From assembly GCA_963796685.1 (NCBI GenBank), contig CAWCMR010000025.1, positions 1,312,001 through 1,376,000 of the forward strand: a stretch of 64,000 nucleotides of DNA. Reading direction: 5' to 3'. Below the pieces are notes generated by a model that was given only the letters and a program-made list of their open reading frames with translations, was not told the DNA's origin and did not search any database. The first letter of the stretch is position 1. The number at the start of each line of letters is the position of its first letter. Of the stretch, positions 47,906-61,987 are shown piece by piece. The position numbers and the translations under genes are program-made. This DNA comes from an uncultured delta proteobacterium. Its GTDB lineage: Bacteria > Myxococcota_A > Polyangia > Fen-1088.

Positions 47906-49297
47906 CTAGCGCTGGCGAAGACGGGTGGTCAGCGTCGACACCACGCTACGTAGACTGGCGTCCTCGGCCATCTTCTTTTCGATCTTCTTGACCGCGCTGA
48001 TGATGGTCGAGTGATCCTTACCACCGAAGCGGCTCCCGATCTCGGGATAGCTCATCGAGGTGAGATGGCGCGAGAGGTACATGGCGATCATGCGAGGATG
48101 GGCGACCGCGCGATGCCGCTTCGGACCCTTGAGGTCGTGGACCTTGACCTCGAAATACGACGAAACCTCGCGCTGGATCGATTCGACGCTGAGGCCGGTC
48201 GGGCCGGATGAGGCGAGCGTCTTCAAGATCTCCTCGGCGACTTCCTTGGTGATCGCGCAGCCGGAAAGCGAAGCACGCGCCGAAAGCTGAAGCAAGGCGC
48301 CTTCCAGCTCGCGCACGTTGGACCGAACGTGACTTGCCACCGTCAACGCGACATCGTCCGGCAGATCGAGATGGTCGATCTCGGCCTTGCGCTTGAGGAT
48401 GGCAATCCGAGTCTCGAGATCGGGATGGCCGATCTCGGTGATGAGACCCCAGGTGAAGCGGCTGCGCAGGCGCTCTTCGACGCCGGGCAACTCAGCCGGC
48501 AGCTTGTCGCAGGTGAGGACGATCTGCTTGTGCGTATGATGGAGCGCGTTGAAGGTATGGAAGAACTCGTCCTGGGAGCTGTCCTTGCCCGAGAGGAATT
48601 GAATATCGTCGACCAGGAGCACGTCGGGGGTTTCGCGGTAGCGTTCGCGGAACGCCTCCATCAGGTTCACGCCATTGCCATGACCGTTCCCGGACTGCCG
48701 GCGTTGGTTCAGCATCGAGCCGATGAAGCTCGACACGAACTGCTCGCAGGTCACGACCGTGATGTTCCATTCGGGGTGCTGGCGGTGAATCTCGTGTCCG
48801 ATGGCATGAAGCAAGTGCGTCTTGCCAAGCCCGACCCCACCGTAGATGAACAAGGGGTTGTACTTCGAGGCAGGTGCGTCGGCCACCATGCGCGCCGCCG
48901 CGTGGGCGAACTGGTTGGTTTGGCCGACCACGAACTTGTCGAAGGTGTACCTGCGGTCCAGCCCCTTTGGACAGGGCGAAGGCTCTCGCGGCGCGTCCAC
49001 GGATGGAGGCTCGGCCAATTCTACAGAGCCTTCCGGAGATCTTTCCTGGGCTGCAGTCTCTTCCACCACTTCGATATCCACCGAAAAGGTTGTCTTGGTG
49101 CGCTGCTCAAGGTCTGTGAGAATCGCGGGAAGGTAGTGGTCTTCGAACCATTCCTTCTGGTATCGATTGGGCGCACGCAGGCGAATGTGATTGCCTTCGA
49201 AGCCCACGACAGTGATGGGCCGCAGCCACTGATCTCGCTGCGTCGGCTTGACTCGCTCCTCGACCGATCGTACGGCTTCTCCCCAGAGTGCTAGCAT
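47906..49297 (-). CDS. dnaA: Chromosomal replication initiator DnaA
   Basis: YTFDKFVVG, NPLFIYGGVGLGKTHL, LLVDDIQF, RLRSRF, NVRELEGAL, FGGKDHSTI. Confidence 0.98.
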   Translation of the reverse strand: MLALWGEAVRSVEERVKPTQRDQWLRPITVVGFEGNHIRLRAPNRYQKEWFEDHYLPAILTDLEQRTKTTFSVDIEVVEETAAQERSPEGSVELAEPPSVDAPREPSPCPKGLDRRYTFDKFVVGQTNQFAHAAARMVADAPASKYNPLFIYGGVGLGKTHLLHAIGHEIHRQHPEWNITVVTCEQFVSSFIGSMLNQRRQSGNGHGNGVNLMEAFRERYRETPDVLLVDDIQFLSGKDSSQDEFFHTFNALHHTHKQIVLTCDKLPAELPGVEERLRSRFTWGLITEIGHPDLETRIAILKRKAEIDHLDLPDDVALTVASHVRSNVRELEGALLQLSARASLSGCAITKEVAEEILKTLASSGPTGLSVESIQREVSSYFEVKVHDLKGPKRHRAVAHPRMIAMYLSRHLTSMSYPEIGSRFGGKDHSTIISAVKKIEKKMAEDASLRSVVSTLTTRLRQR

Positions 49298-49300
49298 GTC

Positions 49301-49309
49301 TTATTCACA
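49301..49309. promoter_or_regulatory. DnaA box just upstream of the dnaA start
   Basis: TTATTCACA, one mismatch to TTATCCACA. Confidence 0.55.
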
Positions 49310-50014
49310 GCTATTGAGCGGACAAAAGTACAGCAAATACAGACATTTACACACACCAATCCCCAATTTGCCAACAGCGATACCTAAGCGCAATCCGGTC
49401 ATCCACGCATGGTCAAAACCGGAAGGCGCTGTCGGCGGGAGGCCTTTACTACCAACCAGGCGTGAGACCGGCAAGGCCAAAATCCACTCTTTGCCGAGGC
49501 CAAGGGGATCTGCGGAGATAGCCGATCATGGCTCGCAATGCACGCCCTTGCAGTCTGCCAGACAAGCAGAGGCAAACCGTTCAACTATTTGTGATCATTG
49601 GACAAACAACCTGCGATTCCGAACGTATTGACGTCCGCCCCGAATTCCACAGCCAAGCCCCATCCCAGCGCGCGCTAACCGCCATGCCATGGGCTTTGCA
49701 GCAGCTCGGTGACAAGAACGTGTCAATTTTCCGTCGGAGGTCTTGCGCGACTGTGACAACAGTCCCTGCAGTGCCGTCGGGCAGAAAGCAATCGATGCGC
49801 GCCATCGGTGTCTTCTCCGACGAGAAAACCATGTCGACCCTCGATCTTTCGCCGGAAATTGGGCCCATTGCGACGATCGATCGAGCGCAACTTCTAAAAA
49901 TCCCCGCGTCCACCCACCTACAAAAAGGCGATGCAAACGCGGACCGGTCGTTGACAGCGCCGATCTGGAATGTTAGTTCTCCCTGCCCACACCGGGGAAA
50001 GACCGGAGGATCCA

Positions 50015-50164
50015 GTGAAGAGGACGTATCAGCCCCACCGAAGGAGCCGGAAACGCACGCACGGTTTCCGCAAGCGCATGAGCACCCCAGCGGGGCGCGA
50101 AATCATCAACCGTCGTCGCCGCAAGGGGCGCAAGAAGCTCACTGTCAGCGTTCCCAAGAAATAG
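50015..50164 (+). CDS. rpmH: 50S ribosomal protein L34
   Basis: (M)KRTYQP...[11 protein letters not shown]...RRRKGRKKL; RBS GGAGG. Confidence 0.97.
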   Translation: MKRTYQPHRRSRKRTHGFRKRMSTPAGREIINRRRRKGRKKLTVSVPKK

Positions 50165-50170
50165 GTTGAG

Positions 50171-50554
50171 GTGACCGATCGGCGCCTGCACCAAGGATTT
50201 GGCCGCAGCAAGCGACTCCGAAAACGGTCGGGCTTTCTTGCGGTGCAGCGGCGCGGACAGCGCTTTCCTGGCCGAAACCTCGTTCTCTATGCCATGACGC
50301 CGACCGCCGGAAAGTCCGCGAGCGACGCACGTCTTGGTATCACCGTGAGCAAGAAGGTTGGCAACGCGGTGGTACGTAATCGCATCAAGCGCTGGCTGCG
50401 CGAGAGTTATCGCCGTCTGTCCGAGCCACCGCCCGGAGGAACCGACCTGGTGGTCATCGCGAAGCCCGGCGTGGCCAAGATCAGCTATGACGCCACCGCG
50501 CAAGAGCTGCGTCGGCTCGTACTCTGCATCGCGAGGCCATGCGATCGCCGCTGA
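50171..50554 (+). CDS. rnpA: Ribonuclease P protein component
   Basis: [21 protein letters not shown]. Confidence 0.95.
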   Translation: MTDRRLHQGFGRSKRLRKRSGFLAVQRRGQRFPGRNLVLYAMTPTAGKSASDARLGITVSKKVGNAVVRNRIKRWLRESYRRLSEPPPGGTDLVVIAKPGVAKISYDATAQELRRLVLCIARPCDRR

Positions 50555-50817
50555 ATAGTCTCGATGCTCTCGGCAAAGCCCCTCTGACGGCGGCTCTGCG
50601 TGTGTATCGATCCGCCATTTCGCCCGCGCTCGGACCAGCCTGCCGGTTCGAGCCCACCTGTTCGGCGTATGCACAAGAGGCCATCGAACGATTCGGCGTG
50701 GTGAAGGGCAGCGCCCTGGCCTTGCGCAGGATCCTGCGCTGCCATCCCTTCGCACGAGGGGGACTGGATCCCGTTCCACCGCCTGCGCCGACAGACGTTC
50801 GCGCGCACTCGACCTAG
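50539..50817 (+). CDS. yidD: Membrane protein insertion efficiency factor YidD
   Basis: ISP...[10 protein letters not shown]...[15 protein letters not shown]. Confidence 0.93.
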   Translation: MRSPLNSLDALGKAPLTAALRVYRSAISPALGPACRFEPTCSAYAQEAIERFGVVKGSALALRRILRCHPFARGGLDPVPPPAPTDVRAHST

Positions 50818-50825
50818 GAGAGAAC

Positions 50826-52499
50826 ATGGACAAGCGGTTGCTTCTCGCGGTGGTTATCTCGATGGCGATCCTCTTCCTATGGATGAAGATCTTTCCGCCC
50901 ACAGCCCACGGCCCGCAGCCCACAGCTCCGGTCGTCAGCTCGTCTTCACAAGGGGTGGATTCCGGTGTTCCCGCCGCCAACCCCGGCCCAGCCCAAACTG
51001 GATCCACAGCCAAGGCCGCCCCGGCGCCCGCCGAGCGGCCAGCCGAAACCCTGGTCACCCTCGAATCGCCCGAGGCGAACTACGTGTTCTCATCGCGGGG
51101 CGCCTCGCTTCGTCAGATCAAGCTCAAGGATCGCCAGTTTCTGCTCGATCCCACGCGGCCCGAGTCGGGCATACAGATCGTCACGACCTCGACGGAAGAC
51201 ACGGCCCCGTTACGCACCACGTTCACCAAAGCGGACTTCGCATGGAACGAGCATATCCCCTGGTCGGTCCAACGACCTGCGGCCGGCGTCGTGGTCTTTC
51301 GTGCCGAGACGGACGATGTGGTGGTCGAGAAACGCTTCACCCTCGAAGCCCAGCGCTATCGCCTACAACTCTCGGTGACGGTGCAGAACAAGAGCCACAA
51401 GCCGCTCGACCATGGACTCGAGGTTCTTCTCTTCGCCGCCCAAGATCCCGCGAAGAAGGGCGGCGGTCTCTTCAGCTACGCCACGGCGAACCTTGCCGAA
51501 ATGGTGTGCTATGTGGGCGACAAAGCCAAGCGCGCAACCGTGGATGCCTTGCTCAAGGAGTCGAAGGACTACGTGGGTTCCGTACTCTGGGCGGCTGCCG
51601 GAGACAAGTACTTCACCATCGCGGCGGTTCCGTTTCCCGAGACGCCGTCGCGTGATCGCGGCTGCAAGGAACAAGCCATCGACGCGAGCACCGCCGAGGT
51701 CGCGCTCTCCTTCGCCACCCGTACCGTGGCGCCGGGCGAGAAGACCGAATACCCCTTCGTCGTCTTTGCAGGACCGAAGTACACGCACGATCTCGACGCG
51801 GTCAGGCCGGGCGGCGAGGACGCTCACCTCGCCGACGACGTGGATGTCACCTTCGCCATTCTTTCGCGTCCCATGCTGGGGTTGCTCAAGCAGTTCTACC
51901 GTCTGTCCGGCAACTGGGGCATCGCCATCATCCTGCTGACCATCTTCGTCCGCCTAGTCACCTTCTATCCGACCTACAAGACCTTGGTGTCGGCCAAGAA
52001 GATGCAGGGACTATCGGGGAAGATCGCGGATTTGCGAAAGAAATACGAGAACGACAAGCAGAAGCTCGGCGTCGAGACCATGAACCTGTACAAGGCGCAC
52101 GGGGTGTCGCCCTTCGGCGGCTGTCTGCCCAGCCTCATCCAGATGCCTATCTGGATCGCGCTGTTCTCGACCCTCAACTATTCCGTCGAGATCTACCACT
52201 CGTCCTTCTTCTGGTACATCACCGACCTGTCGGCCAAGGATCCCTACTACCTGACACCGCTGCTCATGGGCGCGGTCATGTTCCTGCAAATGCGCATGTC
52301 GCCGGCGGGAACCGATCCGCAGCAGCAGAAGATGATGTCGGTGATGATGCCGGTCATGTTCACCGGCTTCTCGCTCTTCTTGCCCGCCGGTCTTTCAATC
52401 TACACGCTGACCAGCTACTTCATCGGCATCCTGCAGCAGCTTTACGTCAATCGTAAGTTCCGCGCGGGCCGCACACCGGCGCTCGCGGTGAAGACCTAG
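50826..52499 (+). CDS. yidC: Membrane protein insertase YidC
   Basis: NWGIAIILLT, GGCLP..IQMPI, DLSAKDPYY; synteny. Confidence 0.96.
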   Translation: MDKRLLLAVVISMAILFLWMKIFPPTAHGPQPTAPVVSSSSQGVDSGVPAANPGPAQTGSTAKAAPAPAERPAETLVTLESPEANYVFSSRGASLRQIKLKDRQFLLDPTRPESGIQIVTTSTEDTAPLRTTFTKADFAWNEHIPWSVQRPAAGVVVFRAETDDVVVEKRFTLEAQRYRLQLSVTVQNKSHKPLDHGLEVLLFAAQDPAKKGGGLFSYATANLAEMVCYVGDKAKRATVDALLKESKDYVGSVLWAAAGDKYFTIAAVPFPETPSRDRGCKEQAIDASTAEVALSFATRTVAPGEKTEYPFVVFAGPKYTHDLDAVRPGGEDAHLADDVDVTFAILSRPMLGLLKQFYRLSGNWGIAIILLTIFVRLVTFYPTYKTLVSAKKMQGLSGKIADLRKKYENDKQKLGVETMNLYKAHGVSPFGGCLPSLIQMPIWIALFSTLNYSVEIYHSSFFWYITDLSAKDPYYLTPLLMGAVMFLQMRMSPAGTDPQQQKMMSVMMPVMFTGFSLFLPAGLSIYTLTSYFIGILQQLYVNRKFRAGRTPALAVKT

Positions 52500-52566
52500 G
52501 CCCGGTCGGGAAGGGGCTCTCGCAACGGAGCCCTCGCCGTGCAATCTTTCGCTCGAGTAAGCCGGT

Positions 52567-53199
52567 ATGCGCATTCGCCAGCACGTCAACCCGCTCCGCT
52601 CGGACTATTTGCAGATCCCGCTGGAGCCTCTCGTCCTGCCACCAGATCGCCCGATCGAGGTCGAGCTGGGCTCGGCGGAGGCGTTCTTCCTGATGGAGCG
52701 GGCGGCGGAAGAACCGAGCCGCCACTACGTCGGCGTGGAGATCCGCCGCGAGCTCGTGGCCCAGTCGAACGACCAGTGCAAGGGCAAGGGCCTCGATCAG
52801 GTGCGCAGCGTGTTCGCCAATGTCTCGGTTGATCTGCCGCGGTTGTTCCCCCCCGCCAGCGTGAGCCGTTTCCACATCAATTTCCCCGATCCCTGGTTCA
52901 AGCACCGCCAGCGCAAGCGGCGCGTCGTCGACGAGGACTTGGTCGGCCAGCTGGTGGAGCTGCTCGCGCCGGGTGGCGAAATCCACGTGGCCACCGACAT
53001 CTTCGACATCGCGCTCGACGCCATGACCATGCTGGAATGGGAGGCGCCCCGGCGCTTCGTCAATCTCCACGAACCGTGGAGCTTTCTGCGCAAGAGCCAT
53101 TTCGCCGCACGCTCTTTTCGCGAGCGCCTCTGCGAACGCGAAGGCATCCGCATCTGGCGCCTAGGCTATAGATTGAAATGGGAACCCTCGAAGGGTTAG
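52567..53199 (+). CDS. trmB: tRNA (guanine46-N7)-methyltransferase
   Basis: RIRQHVNPL, EVELGS, GVEIR, NFPDPWFKHRQRKRR, ATD. Confidence 0.9.
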   Translation: MRIRQHVNPLRSDYLQIPLEPLVLPPDRPIEVELGSAEAFFLMERAAEEPSRHYVGVEIRRELVAQSNDQCKGKGLDQVRSVFANVSVDLPRLFPPASVSRFHINFPDPWFKHRQRKRRVVDEDLVGQLVELLAPGGEIHVATDIFDIALDAMTMLEWEAPRRFVNLHEPWSFLRKSHFAARSFRERLCEREGIRIWRLGYRLKWEPSKG

Positions 53200-53273
53200 C
53201 TGCGCACTCGGCACCTACACCCCCTACCCCTACCCCCTCGCTGCGCTCGGCCTCGCCAAACCCTCCCGCGCTC

Positions 53274-53304
53274 TGGCGCAGGCGGGCCAAGCCCTCCTGC
53301 GCCA
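53274..53304. terminator. Hairpin between convergent trmB and uvrB
   Basis: TGGCGCAGG-CGGGC-CAA-GCCC-T-CCTGCGCCA inverted repeat; no clear U tract. Confidence 0.4.
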
Positions 53305-53390
53305 ACGCGATAATTGAAGCCTCCGACATTCGGATCCCGCATCCGAATGACCTCTTTCTCAGCGTCCTCCGTTTCCTCTGCGCTCTCTCT

Positions 53391-55391
<2,001 letters not shown>

Positions 55392-55446
55392 GCTGGAATC
55401 CCTGAATCGACGTTTGGCAGCGACTGTGACAGAACCTGGCACTGCC

Positions 55447-56094
55447 ATGACACTGCGGATTCAAGGCTACTACGCAATTTTGGACGTGCCGGGAACTTCG
55501 CTCGATTTGCCGCTGGAGATCCGTCACGCAAGCGAGCTTCTGGCGGCCGGGCCATGTTGCTTGCAGCTTCGGGCCAAGCAGCTCGGCCTTGCGGCGCTGT
55601 GCGAGCTCGGGCATGCCCTTCGGCCGCTGTGTAACCAGCATGGCGTTCCGCTGTGTGTGAACGATCGCTTGGATGTGGCCCTGGCGGTCGGAGCCGACGT
55701 CATCCACCTCGGACAGGGCGACTTGCCTTTGGCAGAAGCCGTGCGGGTGCGAAGCGCGGTGCGCGCGCCCGCACTCGCCATCGGCATCTCGACCCACGAC
55801 ATCGATCAGGCCAGGGCGGCGGTCGCCGGGGGGGCCGATCACATCGGCTTCGGTCCCGTATTCCAGACGCAAACCAAGCCCGACGCGGAGTCCGCGGTGG
55901 GGCTTTCCACCTTGCGCGAGGTCGCAGCCGCGATCCACGTTCCGGTGGTGGCCATCGGTGGCATCACGCTCGACAACGTGGCCGCCGTGGCGCGGGCCGG
56001 GGCCAGCGCCGCTGCCGCGATTGCCGCCGTCGACGGCGCCCCGGACCGAACAATGGCGGGCCGGCGAATCGCTTTGGCCTTTGCCGCCGCGTAG
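55447..56094 (+). CDS. thiE: Thiamine-phosphate synthase
   Basis: [37 protein letters not shown]. Confidence 0.93.
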   Translation: MTLRIQGYYAILDVPGTSLDLPLEIRHASELLAAGPCCLQLRAKQLGLAALCELGHALRPLCNQHGVPLCVNDRLDVALAVGADVIHLGQGDLPLAEAVRVRSAVRAPALAIGISTHDIDQARAAVAGGADHIGFGPVFQTQTKPDAESAVGLSTLREVAAAIHVPVVAIGGITLDNVAAVARAGASAAAAIAAVDGAPDRTMAGRRIALAFAAA

Positions 56095-56106
56095 GCCGAA
56101 CAGACT

Positions 56107-56357
56107 CCTAGAGCACCGAACGGGTTGAAACCCGAGCAATTTCCGGATTCTAACCACAGAGGACACAGAGGACACAGAGACGGACGAGAAAGGAAGGGTT
56201 CGGATCGAGATCCGGAAACCACTTACTTCTCCGGGCCTCTGTGCCCTCTGTGTTCTCTGTGGTGAAAAAAGGCTTGTGCGCGCTCTGCACAGCGGCCTCG
56301 GCGGCGCCAGGCAATCCCTTGGATTCAGGAGGAATTCAACCCGTTCGGTGTTCTAGG
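56107..56357. mobile_element. MITE-like non-coding element with 23-bp terminal inverted repeats
   Basis: CCTAGAGCACCGAACGGGTTGAA (56107-56129) and TTCAACCCGTTCGGTGTTCTAGG (56335-56357), one mismatch; CTAG at both ends; no transposase. Confidence 0.7.
56153..56263. repeat. Internal inverted repeat built from 9-bp units (ACACAGAGG)n / (CTCTGTG..)n
   Basis: ACCACAGAGGACACAGAGGACACAGAG (56153-56179) pairs with CTCTGTGCCCTCTGTGTTCTCTGTGGT (56237-56263). Confidence 0.8.
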
Positions 56358-57559
56358 CCTTCACCGCGAGCACGAACTTGAGGTAGTTGCCCTCGGGGAA
56401 ACCGGGGTTGACGGGAAAATCCGCGGGCAGGCCGTGGCGTTCGATGATGCGCAGGTCGTGCCCGAAGGCAGCCGCACCCTCGGCGATGGCGCGGTCGACG
56501 TCGGCGGACGAAACCTTCGCCGCGTTGGTGGCGAAGGCGAGAAACCCGCCGGGCACCAGCACCGAAGCGGCTGTGCCGGCCAGCTGGCCAAGATCCGAGG
56601 TGGCGGAGAACGGTCGGCCCTGGCCGTGCGAAAAGGTTGGTGGATCGCACACCACCAGGTCGAACGTGCGCTTGCGATCGGCGAAGCGTTCCAGCGTCTT
56701 CATGGCGTCCGCGGTGATGAGCCTCTACGTGGCTCGCATCGAGCCCGGACAGCTCGTAGTTGCGGCGGGCGCGCGCGTGGGCTTTGGCCGAGGTGTCGAC
56801 GGCGACCACTTCCGTGGCGCCCGCCTTGGCTGCGCGCACGGAGAAGGCCCCGGTGTAGGAAAACAGGTTGAGCACCCGGCGCTCGGCGGCCCGGCTGGCG
56901 ACGGCATCGCGGCCAAGTCGCATGTCCGGGAAGAAGCCGACCCCGAGCGGCGCGGTCACGTCGACCGCGAAGCGGCAGCCGTCCTCCTCGACCAAGATCT
57001 CCAGGGGCGCCTCGTCGCCCGATACCTTGACCGCGGGTTCGGGTGCAGGCTGACCCGCGAGCGAACGCACGCGTTTCTGGTCGTAGATACCCCGCGGAGC
57101 CACGGAGGCGGTGATGGCCTCATAGAGCTCGTCCCGCCAGGGCAGGGCACCGGCCGAGAGCCACTGCACGACCACGAAGTCGCCGTAGCGGTCGACCGTC
57201 ACTCCGGGCAGTCCTTCGTTTTCACCCGAGAAGAGCCGCAGGGCGGTCGGGCGCTTGCTGCCCAGGACTTGCCAGCGCATGGTCACTGCGCGCTGGAATC
57301 GCGCGGCGATGACACCCGATCCTGGGTGTACCCGCTCGTCCGCATCACGGGTAACGATGCGGACCGCGATGGGGTGCTCTCCATCCACGAAGCCGCGCGC
57401 CAGAAACGTCCGGTTGTTGGCGACCAAATCCACCAGGCTTCCCGTAGCCTCGGTGATCTTGCGCGCGCCAAACGCCTCGCGAAAAACCCAGGGATGACCG
57501 AGCCTTACGCGTCTTGCCACATCATCGGGCAGGCGGTAGACGCCCTGGCGCAGCGACAT
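56353..57559 (-). CDS. RlmI/RlmK-like class I SAM-dependent rRNA methyltransferase, frameshifted near 56722
   Basis: GHPWVF, EGLPGVTVDRYG, GFFPDMR, VLNLFSYTGAFS; next frame FDLVVCDPPTF...YLK. Confidence 0.85.
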
Positions 57560-57826
57560 TCCAGCGCCGTGGCGCGAATCAGACTGCGATGGCTCCCGCC
57601 CTTGACGGCTTGAGGATGAGACACGACGCGTTGGACGGTGAGCTTGATTGGGCATGGGGTTATCGACCTGTAGCGACAGGGGAGCAACCTTAGTACGCGG
57701 CCGTCAAGTGTCAAACGTAGTGAGCCGTACGTCAGGGATTGACTTTGTAGCCCTCCGACAAGAAACTTCCCTTCTCCCACCTTGCCTCCACGTTTTCGCG
57801 GTGAGGCTGCAGAAAGGAATTACCCA

Positions 57827-58900
57827 ATGTCGACTGGCCCCGGGCCGACACGAAAGGCCGATGGATCCCCTGAGGCATCCGTCGATGACATCGCTGATCT
57901 CCTGGTCGAAGATGAATCCCATCAAGGTCGCATCGAGGGGGATCAGTCCCTGGACGACGGTCTTGACGTCATGTTGGAGACGCCTGGGCCTGCATTGGTG
58001 AGCACGTTCATGCCGCCGCCGCCCTCGCCGGTTGCTGACGATGTGGAAGAGAGCGAAAGTGTCGAGGAACCTGGCGAGGCGACGAACCTCGCCTACGAGG
58101 ATCTGTTGGCCAAGCTGGTGCTTCCGGCCAAGGCTCCCGAGCCCGAGCCTGCCATGCCCGCCCTGGCCGCGGCGCTGCCGCCGCCCGAATCCATGATGCC
58201 ACAGGCGGCTCCCACACCGCCCGCGATGGCGTTTCAGCTCCCGTCTTCGCCCAGCTTCCAGCTTGCCCCGCCCACCGACGAGCGCACGTTGGTGACAGAC
58301 AACCCGCTCGTCGCCGAAGAGCAGGAAGCCGCGTATCGCGAGGGCCGCACGGCCTCTCGCGAGCATGCGCCCATCATCGTGCAAGAGGAGATGCGGCCAG
58401 CGTTCACCGAACCCATGGCTGCGGTGAATGGCGGGGCCAAATCGCGGCTGCTCTACCTGATGCTGGGCGGTCTGTTGGTCCTGGGCGGCATGATCCTCGC
58501 GGTGTTGGTGCTCAAGCTGCTCATGCCCACGCCCGCGCCGCCGCCCACCGTGGTTGTAACGCCGCCGCCACCTGCGCCGCCGCCCGCCCACGTCGAGCCA
58601 CTCCCGCCGAGCGCGCCTATCGCCGTGCCGCCACCGGCGGCCGCCGAACCCGCAGCCGCGGCTGCGGCCCCGGCAGAAGCTCCGGCTCCAGCCATGGCAG
58701 AAGGTGCCGCGCTCGAGAACGAGAGGGTGCAGCCCAAGGTCCATAGGGCTGCGGTTCACAAGGCCCCCTCTGCCCACTCCGCTGCGCCCAGGCCCGCCCC
58801 GAAGGCGTCAGCCGCCACACCCAAGGTGGCGCCCGCGCCGAAGACCACCAAGGCGAAGAAGGTCAAGAGCAGCGGTTACGCGGATCCGTTCGACAACTGA
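57827..58900 (+). CDS. Hypothetical bitopic Pro/Ala-rich membrane protein
   Basis: RBS AAAGGA; acidic N-terminus, single TM (LLYLMLGGLLVLGGMILAVLVL), Pro/Lys-rich tail ending GYADPFDN. Confidence 0.7.
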   Translation: MSTGPGPTRKADGSPEASVDDIADLLVEDESHQGRIEGDQSLDDGLDVMLETPGPALVSTFMPPPPSPVADDVEESESVEEPGEATNLAYEDLLAKLVLPAKAPEPEPAMPALAAALPPPESMMPQAAPTPPAMAFQLPSSPSFQLAPPTDERTLVTDNPLVAEEQEAAYREGRTASREHAPIIVQEEMRPAFTEPMAAVNGGAKSRLLYLMLGGLLVLGGMILAVLVLKLLMPTPAPPPTVVVTPPPPAPPPAHVEPLPPSAPIAVPPPAAAEPAAAAAAPAEAPAPAMAEGAALENERVQPKVHRAAVHKAPSAHSAAPRPAPKASAATPKVAPAPKTTKAKKVKSSGYADPFDN

Positions 58901-59035
58901 TCAGGCCAGTAGACAGGTGCGCGGGCGCCTGTCGCCGCTCTGTCCGCCATCATCTCCGACATCATGGGGTCCGGCCCGAAGGGCCAACCCGCCTGACGCG
59001 TTCTGCGCCTGGTGGTCGATCCGTGAGCGATGATC

Positions 59036-59064
59036 TTGCCTCGGCGCTGACCCACTGTTACGAT
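59036..59064 (+). promoter_or_regulatory. Putative sigma70 promoter of pilB operon
   Basis: TTGCCT-17 bp-TACGAT with extended -10 TG, about 50 bp upstream of pilB. Confidence 0.5.
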
Positions 59065-59113
59065 CGCTGGCTCAAGCAGCCGTTTCTATCTGCCGACGGT
59101 TCTTAGGGGAAAC

Positions 59114-60814
<1,701 letters not shown>

Positions 60815-60827
60815 AGGAGGAGAGTTT

Positions 60828-61973
60828 TTGGACACGACGCCGGCACCTGCGAGTGGGCTCAACGTCAACCTACAACAGCTGCTGAAGGCGATGGTCGAGC
60901 AAGGGGCCTCGGACTTGCACATCACCACCGGCTCGCCGCCGCAGCTGCGTATCGACGGCGTTCTCGTGCCGCTGCGGGTGAATCAGCTCTCGCCGGTGGA
61001 CACCAAGCAACTGTGCTACTCGGTCTTGACCGACACCCAGAAGCTGCGCTTCGAAGAAGACAAAGAGCTCGATTTTTCCTTTGGCGTGCGCGGGGTCGCG
61101 CGCTTTCGTGCCAACCTCTTCATGCAGCGGGGCGCGGTGGGCGGCGCCTTTCGAACGGTCCCGTTCCAGGTGAAAAGCTTCGGCGATCTGGGCTTGCCTC
61201 CTGTCATCGAAGAGCTGTGCAACAAGCCGCGCGGAATGGTTCTGGTGACCGGCCCCACGGGCTCGGGCAAGACCACTTCGCTCGCGGCCATGATCGACAA
61301 GATCAACTCCGAGCGGCACGAGCACATCATCACCATCGAAGATCCCATCGAGTACCTGCACCCGCACAAGAAGTGCCTGATCAACCAGCGCGAGATCGGC
61401 GCCGACACCGATACGTTCAAGAAGGCGCTCAAGTACATCCTGCGCCAGGATCCGGACGTCGTGCTCATCGGCGAGATGCGCGACCTCGAAACCATCGAGG
61501 CGGCGCTGGTCACGGCGGAGACCGGACACCTGTGCTTCGCCACCCTGCACACCAATTCGGCGGTGCAAACCATCAACCGCATCATCGACGTGTTTCCGCC
61601 GGGCCAGCAGTCGCAGATCCGCGCACAGCTCTCGTTCGTTCTCGAAGGGATCATCAGCCAGGCGCTCTTGCCCCGCGCCTCCGGCCAAGGCCGCGTCCCC
61701 GCGTTGGAGGTCATGATCCCCAACGCCGCCATTCGCAACCTGATCCGCGAGGACAAGATCCACCAAATCTATTCCATCATGCAAATCGGACAGGGGAAGT
61801 CCGGGATGCAGACCATGAACCAAAGTCTGGCCAGTCTGTATTTGCGTCGGTTGGTCTCGCTGGAGGAGGCGATGAGCCACAGCTCGGAGCCCGATGAGCT
61901 GGAGCAGATCATTTCATCTGGCGGTGCATCGCCCGGCAGGCCCGCCGGCAGGCCGCCCATGGGAAGAGGATGA
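60828..61973 (+). CDS. pilT: Type IV pilus retraction ATPase PilT
   Basis: ASDLH, GPTGSGKTT, EDPIE, AETGHL, AIRNLIRE, GMQTM. Confidence 0.96.
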   Translation: MDTTPAPASGLNVNLQQLLKAMVEQGASDLHITTGSPPQLRIDGVLVPLRVNQLSPVDTKQLCYSVLTDTQKLRFEEDKELDFSFGVRGVARFRANLFMQRGAVGGAFRTVPFQVKSFGDLGLPPVIEELCNKPRGMVLVTGPTGSGKTTSLAAMIDKINSERHEHIITIEDPIEYLHPHKKCLINQREIGADTDTFKKALKYILRQDPDVVLIGEMRDLETIEAALVTAETGHLCFATLHTNSAVQTINRIIDVFPPGQQSQIRAQLSFVLEGIISQALLPRASGQGRVPALEVMIPNAAIRNLIREDKIHQIYSIMQIGQGKSGMQTMNQSLASLYLRRLVSLEEAMSHSSEPDELEQIISSGGASPGRPAGRPPMGRG

Positions 61974-61987
61974 GAGGATAAGGAGCC

